A stretch of 64,000 nucleotides of DNA from positions 58,732 through 122,731 of the forward strand of contig DATJLR010000001.1 in the NCBI GenBank assembly GCA_035509435.1, in the 5' to 3' direction. This document shows positions 48,481-58,665 of the stretch, in pieces. Each line of letters begins with the position of its first letter. The stretch's first letter is position 1. The translations under genes and the position numbers were made by a program. Under the pieces are notes generated by a model that saw only the letters and a program-made list of their open reading frames with translations, did not search any database and had not been told where the DNA came from. The stretch comes from Minisyncoccota bacterium. Lineage in GTDB: Bacteria > Patescibacteriota > Minisyncoccia > UBA6257 > 2-01-FULL-56-20.

Positions 48481-49034
48481 GTTTGGTCAAATTCCTTGTG
48501 GATCTTTTCCCTGAGGCGGAGCGCCGCGACGCGGAGCGTGCCTTCCGGCTTCCCCAACACGCGGGCGATGTCCTTATATGACATCTCGGCGGCGAACCGC
48601 AGTTCAAAGAGCTCCTGCTCCTCCTCGCTGAACGTGCCGATGACCGACCGCAGCTTCCGGTAAACGAGAACACTGTCGGTGTCGGGGATCTCCCCCACCA
48701 CCATCGCCGCAACTTCGTCCTCTTCAAAGCGCGAAAAGGGCGTCGCGGTCTTCTTCCGGTAGTGGTCAACGAGCGCGTTGCGCGCCATCCGCCAAAACCA
48801 TACCGTGAACCTCCCCTTTTTGGGGTCGAAACTGTCGACATGATCGAGAAGCTTTATGAATATCTCCTGCGAAAGGTCCTCGGCGACCTCTCGGGACCCG
48901 GTGCGGGAAAAGATGAATCCATACAGCTTGGGGGCGAGGTCGTCGTAAAGCTTTCCCGCGGCCGCGCGGTTGCCTTTTTTCATCTTCGCCACCAGTCCGT
49001 CCAGTTGTTCGTGTTGTAAATCTTTTAACTCCAT
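48477..49034 (-). CDS. ECF-type RNA polymerase sigma factor
   Basis: AEDLSQEIF, F.VW..RMARN..VDHYRK, SYKDIA.VLG. Confidence 0.93.
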   Translation of the reverse strand: MELKDLQHEQLDGLVAKMKKGNRAAAGKLYDDLAPKLYGFIFSRTGSREVAEDLSQEIFIKLLDHVDSFDPKKGRFTVWFWRMARNALVDHYRKKTATPFSRFEEDEVAAMVVGEIPDTDSVLVYRKLRSVIGTFSEEEQELFELRFAAEMSYKDIARVLGKPEGTLRVAALRLREKIHKEFDQT

Positions 49035-49122
49035 AGAAGCATACGAATAGCGCCGCAAAGCGTTACTATCATACTACCACGGGAATACGTCAAGTGGATG
49101 GGACGGAACGCCCCGAATACGC

Positions 49123-50676
49123 CTATTGCAACTCAAGGAACGGGTCAAGATAGTCTACCGCGATGCCGCCGAACGCCGTATCCGAAGCGAACGCCTGATT
49201 GATGGCGGCGATCTGCCCGAAGAGCGCAACGCGCGAGGTGCCGTAGAACGTCACATAGCTCGGCGACACCGGCCCCGTTTCCTGCGCGATCAGCACCCTG
49301 ACGTTCGAGGGGTCCGCATCCTCGACCTCCTGCGCGGAGAGTGCGATCGCGCTGTCCGCGCCCGTGGCAAAATTGCGGTACGCCATTTCTATGATGCGCC
49401 CGTCGCCGGGGGGAAGCTCGTTCAAAAGGCGTACGATCTGGCGATACGTGTAGTCGGTGACGCCATCCACCGTCACTTGCGGCGTCCACCCCTCGTTCTC
49501 GTCGTAGAAAAGCGGCACGACGATGGTAAGCGGGGTGCGGTCGCTTTTATCTATCTGCACAAGCTGGTCGACGAGCGACACGTACTGCGTGAGCACGGTC
49601 CCTTCGTCGCTGTCGTATTGCGGCAGGAGATACGGCTCAATATCGAACTGCACGCCGCGGAATTTTATCGAGTGCGATGCATTATACTCTTCCACAAAGG
49701 CCAGGATGTCCGCCGGCTTCCATGTGTTCGCCGGCTCCGCCCAGTCCTTTGAACCGGCTTCCGCATCGACGGCGATGCCCTTTGCCGCGGCGAGCGATAA
49801 AAATTCCGCAACCGAACTGTCGAAGGCGGCGATATTCGCGGTATTCAAATAACCATCGACGGTAATGTAGATCGCATTGAACTTGTTCTCTGCTGCTTCG
49901 TTCACCACCTGTTCCATCTGTGCCTGCGTCATCTGGTCCGGCGATGTCCATACCCATACGCCTGCTTCTTCGTTCTCTGCGAGCGGTATGGCGGTAAGCG
50001 GCGCGACGATCGCAGAAACGGTCGCGCCCTGGCCCGGCGCCGTCGATGCTGGCGCGGACACGGAAGGTGGCGTCACTCCGGCGAGCGAATTACTGCACGC
50101 GTCGACTCCGTTATCCGCGGACAGACACGCCTCATCCGTGACGGCGCTCGCGGCAAGCGGCGCCGTGCGGTCCGTCACGAGAGAAATATCCACCTCCTTT
50201 CCCGGCGCAAGATTCCCGAGCTGCCAGTAATAGCCGTCGGCAGTGGCTGACGGCGCGGAAGAGGCATACGTCTCGTCCTGCGCATAGTACACCGACACGC
50301 TCGCAGACTGGCATGTTGCCTCGCCGATATTCTTTGCCGCAAGCGTATAATCGACATCACCGACGGACTGGAGCGCCCCTTCCGTCAAAATAAAGTCCAG
50401 GCTCAACTGGCATCCGGGATAGCCGGACGGCGGAGCGGAGGATGTTGCAGGAGGGGTCGCGGTGACAGGAGGAACCGCCTCCACCGATGTCACAGCGGTC
50501 GTCGGCTGGAGGGAAAGGCCGGTGTCGATCTCCTGCTGTCCCGGCGGAGAGGGCGCAGCCGAAGGTGCCGGCCGCTTTTCCACGAAGAGCGCAATGACGG
50601 CGACCAAAAAAATGCCTATGAGGAGGCCGCACGCGATGGCGATCTTTTTCTTGTGGGAAAGAAACAGTTTTCGCAT
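49123..50676 (-). CDS. Membrane-anchored protein with DUF11-like Ig domain and GH-like TIM barrel
   Basis: WQLGNLAPG; FRGVQFDIEPY, MAYRN, AQET. Confidence 0.7.
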   Translation of the reverse strand: MRKLFLSHKKKIAIACGLLIGIFLVAVIALFVEKRPAPSAAPSPPGQQEIDTGLSLQPTTAVTSVEAVPPVTATPPATSSAPPSGYPGCQLSLDFILTEGALQSVGDVDYTLAAKNIGEATCQSASVSVYYAQDETYASSAPSATADGYYWQLGNLAPGKEVDISLVTDRTAPLAASAVTDEACLSADNGVDACSNSLAGVTPPSVSAPASTAPGQGATVSAIVAPLTAIPLAENEEAGVWVWTSPDQMTQAQMEQVVNEAAENKFNAIYITVDGYLNTANIAAFDSSVAEFLSLAAAKGIAVDAEAGSKDWAEPANTWKPADILAFVEEYNASHSIKFRGVQFDIEPYLLPQYDSDEGTVLTQYVSLVDQLVQIDKSDRTPLTIVVPLFYDENEGWTPQVTVDGVTDYTYRQIVRLLNELPPGDGRIIEMAYRNFATGADSAIALSAQEVEDADPSNVRVLIAQETGPVSPSYVTFYGTSRVALFGQIAAINQAFASDTAFGGIAVDYLDPFLELQ

Positions 50677-50706
50677 AAGGACATCATATCATCCCGCCGC
50701 GCGGAG

Positions 50707-52071
50707 CTACCGCACATTCCCCTCCAGCACCCCGTGCCGCTGCCATCGCTGCCATCGCAGCTCTTCTTTCTTTATCGCGCCGGAAACCGATTTCATAAGG
50801 GCGTTGTGTTCCACGTAACTGGTGACGTAGAAAAGCATCCATGCGATCGGCGCCACGAGAAAGAACGGCAGCTTCTTGATATGGCTGCGCGCGTCGAAAA
50901 GCTGGACGATGAACATGGAGTTCACGACCACGATGCCCGAAAAGAACGACGAGAAATCGCTCGTCCACAGCGAATATATATAGAGGAACAGCAGGAAGAA
51001 CAGTTCACCGAAAAGCTGGACGTCGCCGAAGACGGCGAACGGAAGGATGACGAACGTGAGCGCAAAGCTCATCCCCTCTCCGTTGTTGAAAAAGAGGCCG
51101 CGATGTTCCCAGAACGTGCGGAAGCGGCCGCGCTTCCACCGGAGCCGCTGCTTCATAAGGCCCTCGATATCGCTCGCTCCCTCGGTATATACGATGGCAT
51201 TCGCGGCGTAGACGATACGCATACCCGCCGCCTGGATGCGCACGGAGAAGTCAATGTCTTCGGTGATGTGGCCCGTATCGTAGAGCCCCACTTTTTCGAA
51301 CACCTCACGCCGGAACGCGCCTGCCGCGCCGCCGATGATGTAGATCGTGTTCATAAGCGAATCCGCTTTCTTGAAATAGAAGGAAAAAAGGAATTCGAGA
51401 TACTGGATCGTGCCGATGAGCGTCCCCGTGTTGCCGATCTTCACATTGCCCACTGCGGCCATTACCTTCGGGTCGACGAACTGTTTTACAAAGTTCTCCA
51501 CTGCGGTCGGCGTCACATAACAGTCCGCATCGATCGTCATTATGATCTCGCCGCCCGAAAGGCGGATCCCTTCGTTCAGCGCGCTGCCCTTGCCGCCATT
51601 CCCCTTGTAACGATAGACGAGGCGGCGGTTCGGGTGCGCCGCCGCAGATGCTTCGTATTCTTTTTGGAATGCGCGGATGACCGCGTCGGAATTATCGGTC
51701 GATCCGTCGTTCACGACGACCACCTCCAAAGACCCCCGATAGGAATTTTCGAGCGCCGAGCGCATCGTCCTCACGATCCCCACCTCCTCGTTCCACGCCG
51801 GGATGACGATGGAGACATCGGGCCGGTACGCAAGGATCTCATCGCGGAACTTCCGGTTGCGCCGGGCCGCCCATACGTCGTATATCGGGCTCAGCATCAT
51901 ATACACGAAATATTTCGTGAGAAGGACCGACGCGAAGAAAATGATCACCGCCCGGACGAACGGGAACGTATCGTGGGGCGTCGGATGGAGGATGAACGGC
52001 GAAAAGATGATGGCCGCATTCACCACGTACAAAACCGCATATATGGGATATTTCGCGTAAGAATGCCGCAT
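50707..52071 (-). CDS. Processive glycosyltransferase family 2 (PgaC/cellulose synthase-like)
   Basis: PAWNE, DGSTD, DAD, TED, QRLRW. Confidence 0.93.
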   Translation of the reverse strand: MRHSYAKYPIYAVLYVVNAAIIFSPFILHPTPHDTFPFVRAVIIFFASVLLTKYFVYMMLSPIYDVWAARRNRKFRDEILAYRPDVSIVIPAWNEEVGIVRTMRSALENSYRGSLEVVVVNDGSTDNSDAVIRAFQKEYEASAAAHPNRRLVYRYKGNGGKGSALNEGIRLSGGEIIMTIDADCYVTPTAVENFVKQFVDPKVMAAVGNVKIGNTGTLIGTIQYLEFLFSFYFKKADSLMNTIYIIGGAAGAFRREVFEKVGLYDTGHITEDIDFSVRIQAAGMRIVYAANAIVYTEGASDIEGLMKQRLRWKRGRFRTFWEHRGLFFNNGEGMSFALTFVILPFAVFGDVQLFGELFFLLFLYIYSLWTSDFSSFFSGIVVVNSMFIVQLFDARSHIKKLPFFLVAPIAWMLFYVTSYVEHNALMKSVSGAIKKEELRWQRWQRHGVLEGNVR

Positions 52072-52352
52072 GGAGGGTCATACGAACGCATGAATGATGC
52101 GTTACGTAACGCCACGCAGGGGCTCATCCGTTCTATACCCCGTAATGTCTTCATTTGCTGAAATGAAAATGGTCTTCTTTACGTGCGCGTTCGTCCTCTC
52201 GATCGCCGCATCACTCTTCGCAATAGTATATCTCTCCGGGCTTTTCACGAACGGCGCCTATAAGGCGGTCGTGTGGTTCCTCGCGCTTATCCTTGACGCG
52301 AACATCACGAGCAAATACCTGCGATGGGTGCTCCTTCACTGAACCGCCGCCG

Positions 52353-54089
52353 ATGAACATACGCACATTCCTTGCAAAAGATGAGCCTGCCGCCGCGGGG
52401 CGCGGAACGGTCGCCGACCGTTGTTTTGTTTTTGCATGCACGGTGCTCTTCTATCTTTTCTCCAACCTGCTCATTACCGGCATCGCCTTCCTTTTGTACG
52501 GACGGATGACGGTCGCGATAGAGATCGCCTCCATGGTGCTCACCGCAGGATTCGCCTATTTTTTCTGCAAGCCGTTCTTCCCGCACGCCCGGGCGGCCGC
52601 GGTCGGGATATTGCTCGCCGCGATCGCGCTCTTTGCGGCGGCCATCCTCCTGAACGCGCCGGTCTATGATATTTCCTACGACGGGCAGACATATCAGCAA
52701 GAGGCGGTCATCCAGCTTTCGAACGGCTGGAATCCGGTCTACCAGGACCTGGCGAACGAGGTGATCGGCGGCGACAGCAAGTGGATCAACTATTATCCGA
52801 AGAGCTCGTGGATCAATGAAAGCTATATCTACCTCCTCACCCACGCAGAACGAACGGCGAAGGCGCTGAACGCCGTGCTCATCATTGTCTCGATCGTGCT
52901 GGTTTACGTCGCGCTTACCGACACAGGCCTTTTGGGCAGCTTCAACGCATGGGTGGTAAGCATCATCCTTGGGTGCAATCCCATCAGTTTCAACCAGATA
53001 TTCAGTTTCTACGTGGACGGCCAACTGATGTCGCTTCTCTTGTGCATATGCGCCGCGGGGATGATCATGTACGCCGGCAAGCGCCGATGGGGGTTTGTGC
53101 CGCTCTTTCTCGCCCTTCCCGCATTCATCAACCTTAAATTCACCGGCCTCGTGGACGCGATCATCATCCTTTTCGTCCTCGTGCTCGCGCTCTGGATGAA
53201 GCGGGTGGAGATCGCGACGCTGAAAGCGTTGGCGGTCGGCGCGGCGGCGATCGCGATCGGCGTCCTCGTGATCGGCGCGAGCCCGTACATCACGAACGTC
53301 GTCCGCTACGGGACGCCGTTCTATCCGCTCTACGGCCCGAACGCGATCGACCTCAAGCCGTACAATGTCCCCGGAAACTTCCTCGACAAGAGCTCGCCGG
53401 AGATCCTCTTCCTCTCCATGTTCACGCAATCAGGCGACCTCAAAGAGGCCGGGACGACGGCGCCGTACAAGCTGCCCTTCACTTATTCCCCCGGCGAACT
53501 CGTTGCGTTCCGTTATCCGGACCCCGTGGAGGGCGGCTTCGGGCCGCTTTTCGGCGGAGCGGTGATCCTCACCGTCTTCGCGCTTGCGCTCTATTACCTG
53601 TGGGCGCGCAGGCAGCACGGCGGGAAGAATTACCGGCGCACGTTCTGGGGCGCTGCGTGGCTCATGCTCGCCGCGGTCGTGATGTGCGTGGTAAACCCGA
53701 TCTCGTCGCTCGCGCGGTACGTCCCGCAGGCATACTTCATCGTGATGATCCCGATCATCCTCCTTCTCGCCACGCGGCGCGCGTGGTCCCGTGTCGCCGC
53801 ATATGCCATCATCGCCCTCCTCGCCGCGAACAGCTGGATCATCGGCTCCACGTATGTCTCATATAATCTCCGGACGTCGCGCGCCATCGCGGCGGATCTC
53901 GCGTCGCTCGCGGCGGAATCGAAAACGGAATCTGTCCTTGTGTATTTCAACGAGTTCCGCTCCACGCGCGTGATGCTCGCCGAAGCGGGGGTGCGATACA
54001 CCGCCACCAATAATCCCGACTCGTGCCTGAAGGGTTTCCAATACTTGCTCCCCGAAAACACAACGGAGTTCTGTGTCACGAGCGGATGA
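52353..54089 (+). CDS. Multi-pass membrane protein (GT-C-like)
   Basis: DISYDGQTYQ, YPK, YVDG, KFTG, PFYP, ARYVPQ; more than 10 TMs. Confidence 0.75.
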   Translation: MNIRTFLAKDEPAAAGRGTVADRCFVFACTVLFYLFSNLLITGIAFLLYGRMTVAIEIASMVLTAGFAYFFCKPFFPHARAAAVGILLAAIALFAAAILLNAPVYDISYDGQTYQQEAVIQLSNGWNPVYQDLANEVIGGDSKWINYYPKSSWINESYIYLLTHAERTAKALNAVLIIVSIVLVYVALTDTGLLGSFNAWVVSIILGCNPISFNQIFSFYVDGQLMSLLLCICAAGMIMYAGKRRWGFVPLFLALPAFINLKFTGLVDAIIILFVLVLALWMKRVEIATLKALAVGAAAIAIGVLVIGASPYITNVVRYGTPFYPLYGPNAIDLKPYNVPGNFLDKSSPEILFLSMFTQSGDLKEAGTTAPYKLPFTYSPGELVAFRYPDPVEGGFGPLFGGAVILTVFALALYYLWARRQHGGKNYRRTFWGAAWLMLAAVVMCVVNPISSLARYVPQAYFIVMIPIILLLATRRAWSRVAAYAIIALLAANSWIIGSTYVSYNLRTSRAIAADLASLAAESKTESVLVYFNEFRSTRVMLAEAGVRYTATNNPDSCLKGFQYLLPENTTEFCVTSG

Positions 54090-54170
54090 GAATAAAAAAA
54101 TGGAGCCCTCCTGTAAAGAGCTCCGACCGAAAAGAAAAGAAAAGGAATAATGAACCATCCGTTGGATGCG

Positions 54171-54551
54171 CTATGCGGCTTTTGAAATGTCGGCGTCCCG
54201 GTTGAGTTCGGGATCTGAAGCATTATGGAAGACGATGTCGCCCTCCATGGTCTCAGGGTCGCATTCCGCACTGAAGAGGAATGTGTGATCGGGGCCGTTC
54301 TCCACGGCACCGACGACGAGGATCCTGTTTGACCGGGTGGGCGCAATGACGCACACGCGCCCTTTGAACTTTGCCGACTTTCCCTTCGGAGAGAGCGGTG
54401 CGGGCCGTGCAAGCCGGAACTCCAGCACCGCGTTCCTGTTTTTTGAGTCGTGTAAAAGCTTTGGCGCGGGACACTTTTTAAGTGTCCCCTGAAATTGGCT
54501 TGCCTTCGCAAGAAGCTGCATGCCGCGGCTTCCTTTGAGAGAGGTGGCCAT
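54171..54551 (-). CDS. Hypothetical protein
   Basis: GGAGG SD upstream. Confidence 0.5.
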   Translation of the reverse strand: MATSLKGSRGMQLLAKASQFQGTLKKCPAPKLLHDSKNRNAVLEFRLARPAPLSPKGKSAKFKGRVCVIAPTRSNRILVVGAVENGPDHTFLFSAECDPETMEGDIVFHNASDPELNRDADISKAA

Positions 54552-54777
54552 GGGGGAAACCTCCGAGACTGGATTTTTCGTTCTTTTTTTCCTTTGGGAA
54601 CCTTACATTGATACGAGAGGGTCTTTAAAAATGTTGCCGGCGGCGTCCTGTAATATTCCGCGCGACGACCCGTATCATTCTGCGACGGGCAGGCAGCAAC
54701 ATGCCGCCTCCCCCGCCATCCGCTCCCTTCCGCGGTCGGCCCAACCCATAATAAAACAAACCAAATGAGAAAAACAC

Positions 54778-55605
54778 ATGTCCAAAAAGATCATGCTTAT
54801 GGCCGCAGGCATAGCGGCACTCGGGCTTATGGCGGGCATGAACGTTCCCGCGCAGGCGCAGACGTCCTCGTCATCTCCCGCAACCACTATAACGACGACC
54901 GTCTCGACGTCAGCGGGGGGAGAAACATCTACCGTTACGAACTCTACGACGTATTCGACTGGCTCCACGACTTCTCCCACTGAATCGGGATCCGGGTATT
55001 TGCAAATGAACGGCCTTGTGGTGACGGCGGTGTCGTCATCGTCGGCGCCAACGGAGATCTACGCAGCAAGTCCTGCATACCCCATACTGACCGCCTCCGG
55101 ATCCGCAATGGCGACCACGACCGTTCCCGCATCCATGATGTGCGAATCGTTCGCCACGGATAGCGCTCCGGTCGGAACCAATGTCGGCTGCCCCATTCCG
55201 GCGCTCGCGCCGATCCTCGTGACAACGAATGCGACGGCAAGCTCCTCTTCTTCTTCAAGCACGCCGGTGACCTACTACAGCCCATACACCCTGATCATCG
55301 GTCCGACGACACAGTTGCTCCTTGCCGGACGGTCGAACGCAACGCTCGCCAACTTTACGGCAGGCGACATAGTGAACGCCTATGGCTACTATGACAGCGC
55401 GAGCGGCATCATGAACGCCGAGATCGTCCGCGACCTTTCAAAGCCCGTGGGCACGAACGCGACATCCGTTTCTGCGTCCGTAAGCGCGGCCACTTCATCC
55501 GCGATGGCGACCCTTCAGGCAGACCTTGCGCAGCTGGAAGCTCTCGTGAACCAATTACAGGCACAGGTGACAGGCACTGTCTCCTCGTCCGCAACGGCGC
55601 AATAA
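54778..55605 (+). CDS. Secreted Ser/Thr-rich protein
   Basis: Signal peptide (AQA), low-complexity S/T tracts, C-terminal coiled coil. Confidence 0.75.
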   Translation: MSKKIMLMAAGIAALGLMAGMNVPAQAQTSSSSPATTITTTVSTSAGGETSTVTNSTTYSTGSTTSPTESGSGYLQMNGLVVTAVSSSSAPTEIYAASPAYPILTASGSAMATTTVPASMMCESFATDSAPVGTNVGCPIPALAPILVTTNATASSSSSSSTPVTYYSPYTLIIGPTTQLLLAGRSNATLANFTAGDIVNAYGYYDSASGIMNAEIVRDLSKPVGTNATSVSASVSAATSSAMATLQADLAQLEALVNQLQAQVTGTVSSSATAQ

Positions 55606-55654
55606 CGGCGACCGCCCCGCTGCTGATATAAAAAGCGCCCCCAAGGGGCGCTTT

Positions 55655-56656
55655 TTATATCAGCTCATCGTAGCCTTTTATCTTAAGATGCCGGTATGCC
55701 GCGGGAAGGACGATGCGACCTGCGGACGATCGCTGGAGAAAGCCGAGCGTCATTAGATACGGTTCGTAGATGTCCTCGATCACGCCGCGATCCGCCGCAA
55801 GCGCGGCGGCGATAGTGTTGATGCCCACCGGGCCGCCATGGAATTTCTCTATAATCGTCATCAAAAGCTCGCGGTCCTGCGGCTCCAGGCCGACCTCGTC
55901 GATCTCGAGCATCGCAAGCGTCTTCCGGGCGGCGTCCTCGTCGATGACGCGTTCGCCGTGCACTTCGGCAAAGTCGCGCGCGCGGCGCAGGAGCCGGTTC
56001 GCCACGCGCGGCGTCCCGCGCGACGCCCGCGCAAGGATGTCGATCGCCTCCGGCTTCGCTTCCACTCCCAAGATCGCCGCCGAGCGCTTCAATATTTTTT
56101 TGATGTCGTCAGGCGTGTAATAGCCGAGGCGGAGCGTCGCTCCAAAGCGCGATCGCAGCGGCTGCGACAAAAGATTCTCGCGCGTCGTCGCGGCGATGAG
56201 CGTGAACGGCGGCAGGTCGAGCGAGAGCGTCCGCGCCGACGGCCCCTTTCCGACAACGAGATGCAGCTTGCGCGCTTCCATCGCGGGATACAGCACCTCT
56301 TCGATCATCGGGTTCACGCGATGCGCTTCGTCGATAAATAATATTTCCCCCGGTGTAAGATTGGTGAGCACCGCGGCAAGATCGCCCGCTTTCTCAAGCG
56401 CGGGGCCGGACGTCGTCTTGATCATTCCGCCGAGCTCCCGCGCGACGAGGTATGCAAGCGTCGTCTTGCCAAGGCCGGCCGGCCCGGAAAACAAAAGATG
56501 GTCCGCCGCCTCTCCGCGCGCTTTCGCCGCGCTCAGGATCGTCTTCAGGTTGTCCTTGATCTTTTCCTGGCCAATGTACTCGTCCCACTCGGTAGGCCGG
56601 AGGGTGAGGTCGATGTTCAGGTCTTCTTTGTTGTTTTGCGGAGAGGCTTTTGGCAT
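55655..56656 (-). CDS. ruvB: Holliday junction branch migration helicase RuvB
   Basis: LRP...EYIGQ, GPAGLGKTT, FIDEAHR, RGTPRVANRLLRR. Confidence 0.97.
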   Translation of the reverse strand: MPKASPQNNKEDLNIDLTLRPTEWDEYIGQEKIKDNLKTILSAAKARGEAADHLLFSGPAGLGKTTLAYLVARELGGMIKTTSGPALEKAGDLAAVLTNLTPGEILFIDEAHRVNPMIEEVLYPAMEARKLHLVVGKGPSARTLSLDLPPFTLIAATTRENLLSQPLRSRFGATLRLGYYTPDDIKKILKRSAAILGVEAKPEAIDILARASRGTPRVANRLLRRARDFAEVHGERVIDEDAARKTLAMLEIDEVGLEPQDRELLMTIIEKFHGGPVGINTIAAALAADRGVIEDIYEPYLMTLGFLQRSSAGRIVLPAAYRHLKIKGYDELI

Positions 56657-56714
56657 GGTTTTGGGGGATTTATAGGGTCTTGACAAATAATATTCTATAT
56701 GCTAACATATCCCA

Positions 56715-56940
56715 GTATCCAATATAACAGGACCTTTCACAAGTAGCTGATTCAGATCTGGGGGCGGGAATTATTTCTAAAAATTACAGGACTGACCGGT
56801 TCCGGCTGGTCATATCCTTTGAGTAATTCTAGCCTCTTTTATCATTAGATAGAAGAGATCATTATCCTTTCGCGAGGAATTGCCCCCAGGTCTGAGTCTA
56901 CTACGTTTCGAAAATAAGCGCCCGCGCTTATTTTTTTATT
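56715..56940 (+). ncRNA. Candidate structured ncRNA (6S-like?) with promoter and terminator
   Basis: TTGACA-17nt-TGcTAACAT; 17-bp closing stem 56749-56765/56882-56898; internal hairpins; terminator 56911-56940. Confidence 0.55.
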
Positions 56941-56950
56941 TCTCCCGCTC

Positions 56951-58627
56951 TCACCACACAAGATCCCCCGTTGCGGAGACAACCTCGTCGAACGTCGTCT
57001 TGCCTTCCAGCACCTTCAGGATGCCGTCCTGCTGCATCGTGACCATCTCCTGGCGCGCGGCGACCTCACGGAGGGAAACCTCCGATGCCTCCTTCAGTAT
57101 CGTCTTCTCCAGGTCCGCGCCGCCTTGCAAAAACTCGAACACGCCTACGCGACCTTTATATCCGATGCCGTTGCACTTCTCACACCCTACCGGCGCATAG
57201 ATCTTATAGTTGTCATAAGGTTTCTTGTCCACTTTGGCGGGAAGCTTGCCTAAAAATTCCTTGACCTTCTCCGCGATCACCGCGTCCGCGGGCGCCTCCT
57301 TCTTGCAGTCCTTGCAAAGCACGCGCACGAGGCGCTGGGCGATGGCGAGCGAGAGCGCCGGCCCTATCGAAACCGCCTTCACGCCAAGATTGATGAGGCG
57401 CGGCACCGCGCCCACGGCGTCGTTCGTATGAAGTGTCGACAGGACGAGGTGTCCGGTGAGCGCCGCCTGGAGGGCGATGTCCGCCGTCTCAAGGTCGCGA
57501 ACCTCGCCGACGAGGATCACGTCCGGGTCCTGCCGCACGATCGCGCGAAGGCCGTTCTCGAACGTGTAGCCGGATTCATCGTCCACCTGCGTCTGCTCCA
57601 CACCGTCAATACGATATTCGATGGGGTCTTCGAGCGTGATGATCTTCATCGTCGGATCGTTCATGGTGCGCAGGAACGCATAGAGTGTGGTCGTCTTTCC
57701 GGATCCGGTCGGACCCGTGTTCAGGATAAGACCGTTCGGTTGCGCTATCTTCTTCTTCACCAGTTCCAGATTATCGGCGCGGAGGCCGAGGTCCGGAAGC
57801 CCCACCATCGTCGCCGATGGATCGAGGATGCGCATGACGATCGTCTCGCCGAATTCCGCAGGGATCACCGCCACGCGCATCTCGATGTCGCGGCCGCCGA
57901 GGCCGATCGTGAAACGGCCATCCTGCGCGGCATCGCGCACGTTCAGCTTCATGGCAGAGAGCAGTTTGATGCGCGACACGAACGAGTGGTATGTGTCGGG
58001 CGGAATGTCGTCGAACATGTCGTGCAGCAATCCGTCGATGCGAAAACGTACCTTCGCCTTCTTCTCCCCCGCCTCGGTATGGATATCCGACGCGCGCAAT
58101 CCCATCGCGCCCGCAAGGATGATCTCGAGAAGCGCCACGGGCGACGCGTTAGCGAGCGGGAGCGACGCGATCTCGTTGCGCACCGCGTCGATCGTCGTGA
58201 GCTTTGCCCGAAGGTCCTCGATCCGGTTCTTCGTGATCTCCACTTTTCCCGTTATCGTCTCGGCTTCCGGCTTTACGAACTGATAGAACTTCCACGCCGC
58301 TTCCATGCTGGAAGGTGACACGACGACCACCTTCACTTCGTGGCTTTTCTTTTTCAATTCTTCCACCGCCTTTTTTGTGGCGGGGAGCTCCGGGTTGATC
58401 GCCGCGAGCGCCACTTTGTCGGATCGCAGCTCTATGCACGCGACTTTCGCGTCGCGCGCCTCGTTCTCGGGCAGCAACTTTACCGCCTCGAGCGACACAG
58501 GGGTCTTCGAAAGGTCCACATAGGACAAGCCGAGCTTCTCCGCGAGCCGCTCGGCGGCGCGCTCCTCGCCCTCGCGATGGAGCTTCGCGATCTTGTCTTT
58601 AAGGTCGCCCTGGGGTGCGTCAAGCAT
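56951..58627 (-). CDS. GspE/PilB family pilus assembly ATPase
   Basis: ASDIH, TGPTGSGKTTTLY, EDPIEY, RQDPDVILVGEVRD, TGHLVLSTLH, CxxC pairs. Confidence 0.95.
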   Translation of the reverse strand: MLDAPQGDLKDKIAKLHREGEERAAERLAEKLGLSYVDLSKTPVSLEAVKLLPENEARDAKVACIELRSDKVALAAINPELPATKKAVEELKKKSHEVKVVVVSPSSMEAAWKFYQFVKPEAETITGKVEITKNRIEDLRAKLTTIDAVRNEIASLPLANASPVALLEIILAGAMGLRASDIHTEAGEKKAKVRFRIDGLLHDMFDDIPPDTYHSFVSRIKLLSAMKLNVRDAAQDGRFTIGLGGRDIEMRVAVIPAEFGETIVMRILDPSATMVGLPDLGLRADNLELVKKKIAQPNGLILNTGPTGSGKTTTLYAFLRTMNDPTMKIITLEDPIEYRIDGVEQTQVDDESGYTFENGLRAIVRQDPDVILVGEVRDLETADIALQAALTGHLVLSTLHTNDAVGAVPRLINLGVKAVSIGPALSLAIAQRLVRVLCKDCKKEAPADAVIAEKVKEFLGKLPAKVDKKPYDNYKIYAPVGCEKCNGIGYKGRVGVFEFLQGGADLEKTILKEASEVSLREVAARQEMVTMQQDGILKVLEGKTTFDEVVSATGDLVW

Positions 58628-58665
58628 TTGCTATGATGATACCGCGCGAATATAATGCAAGCAAT

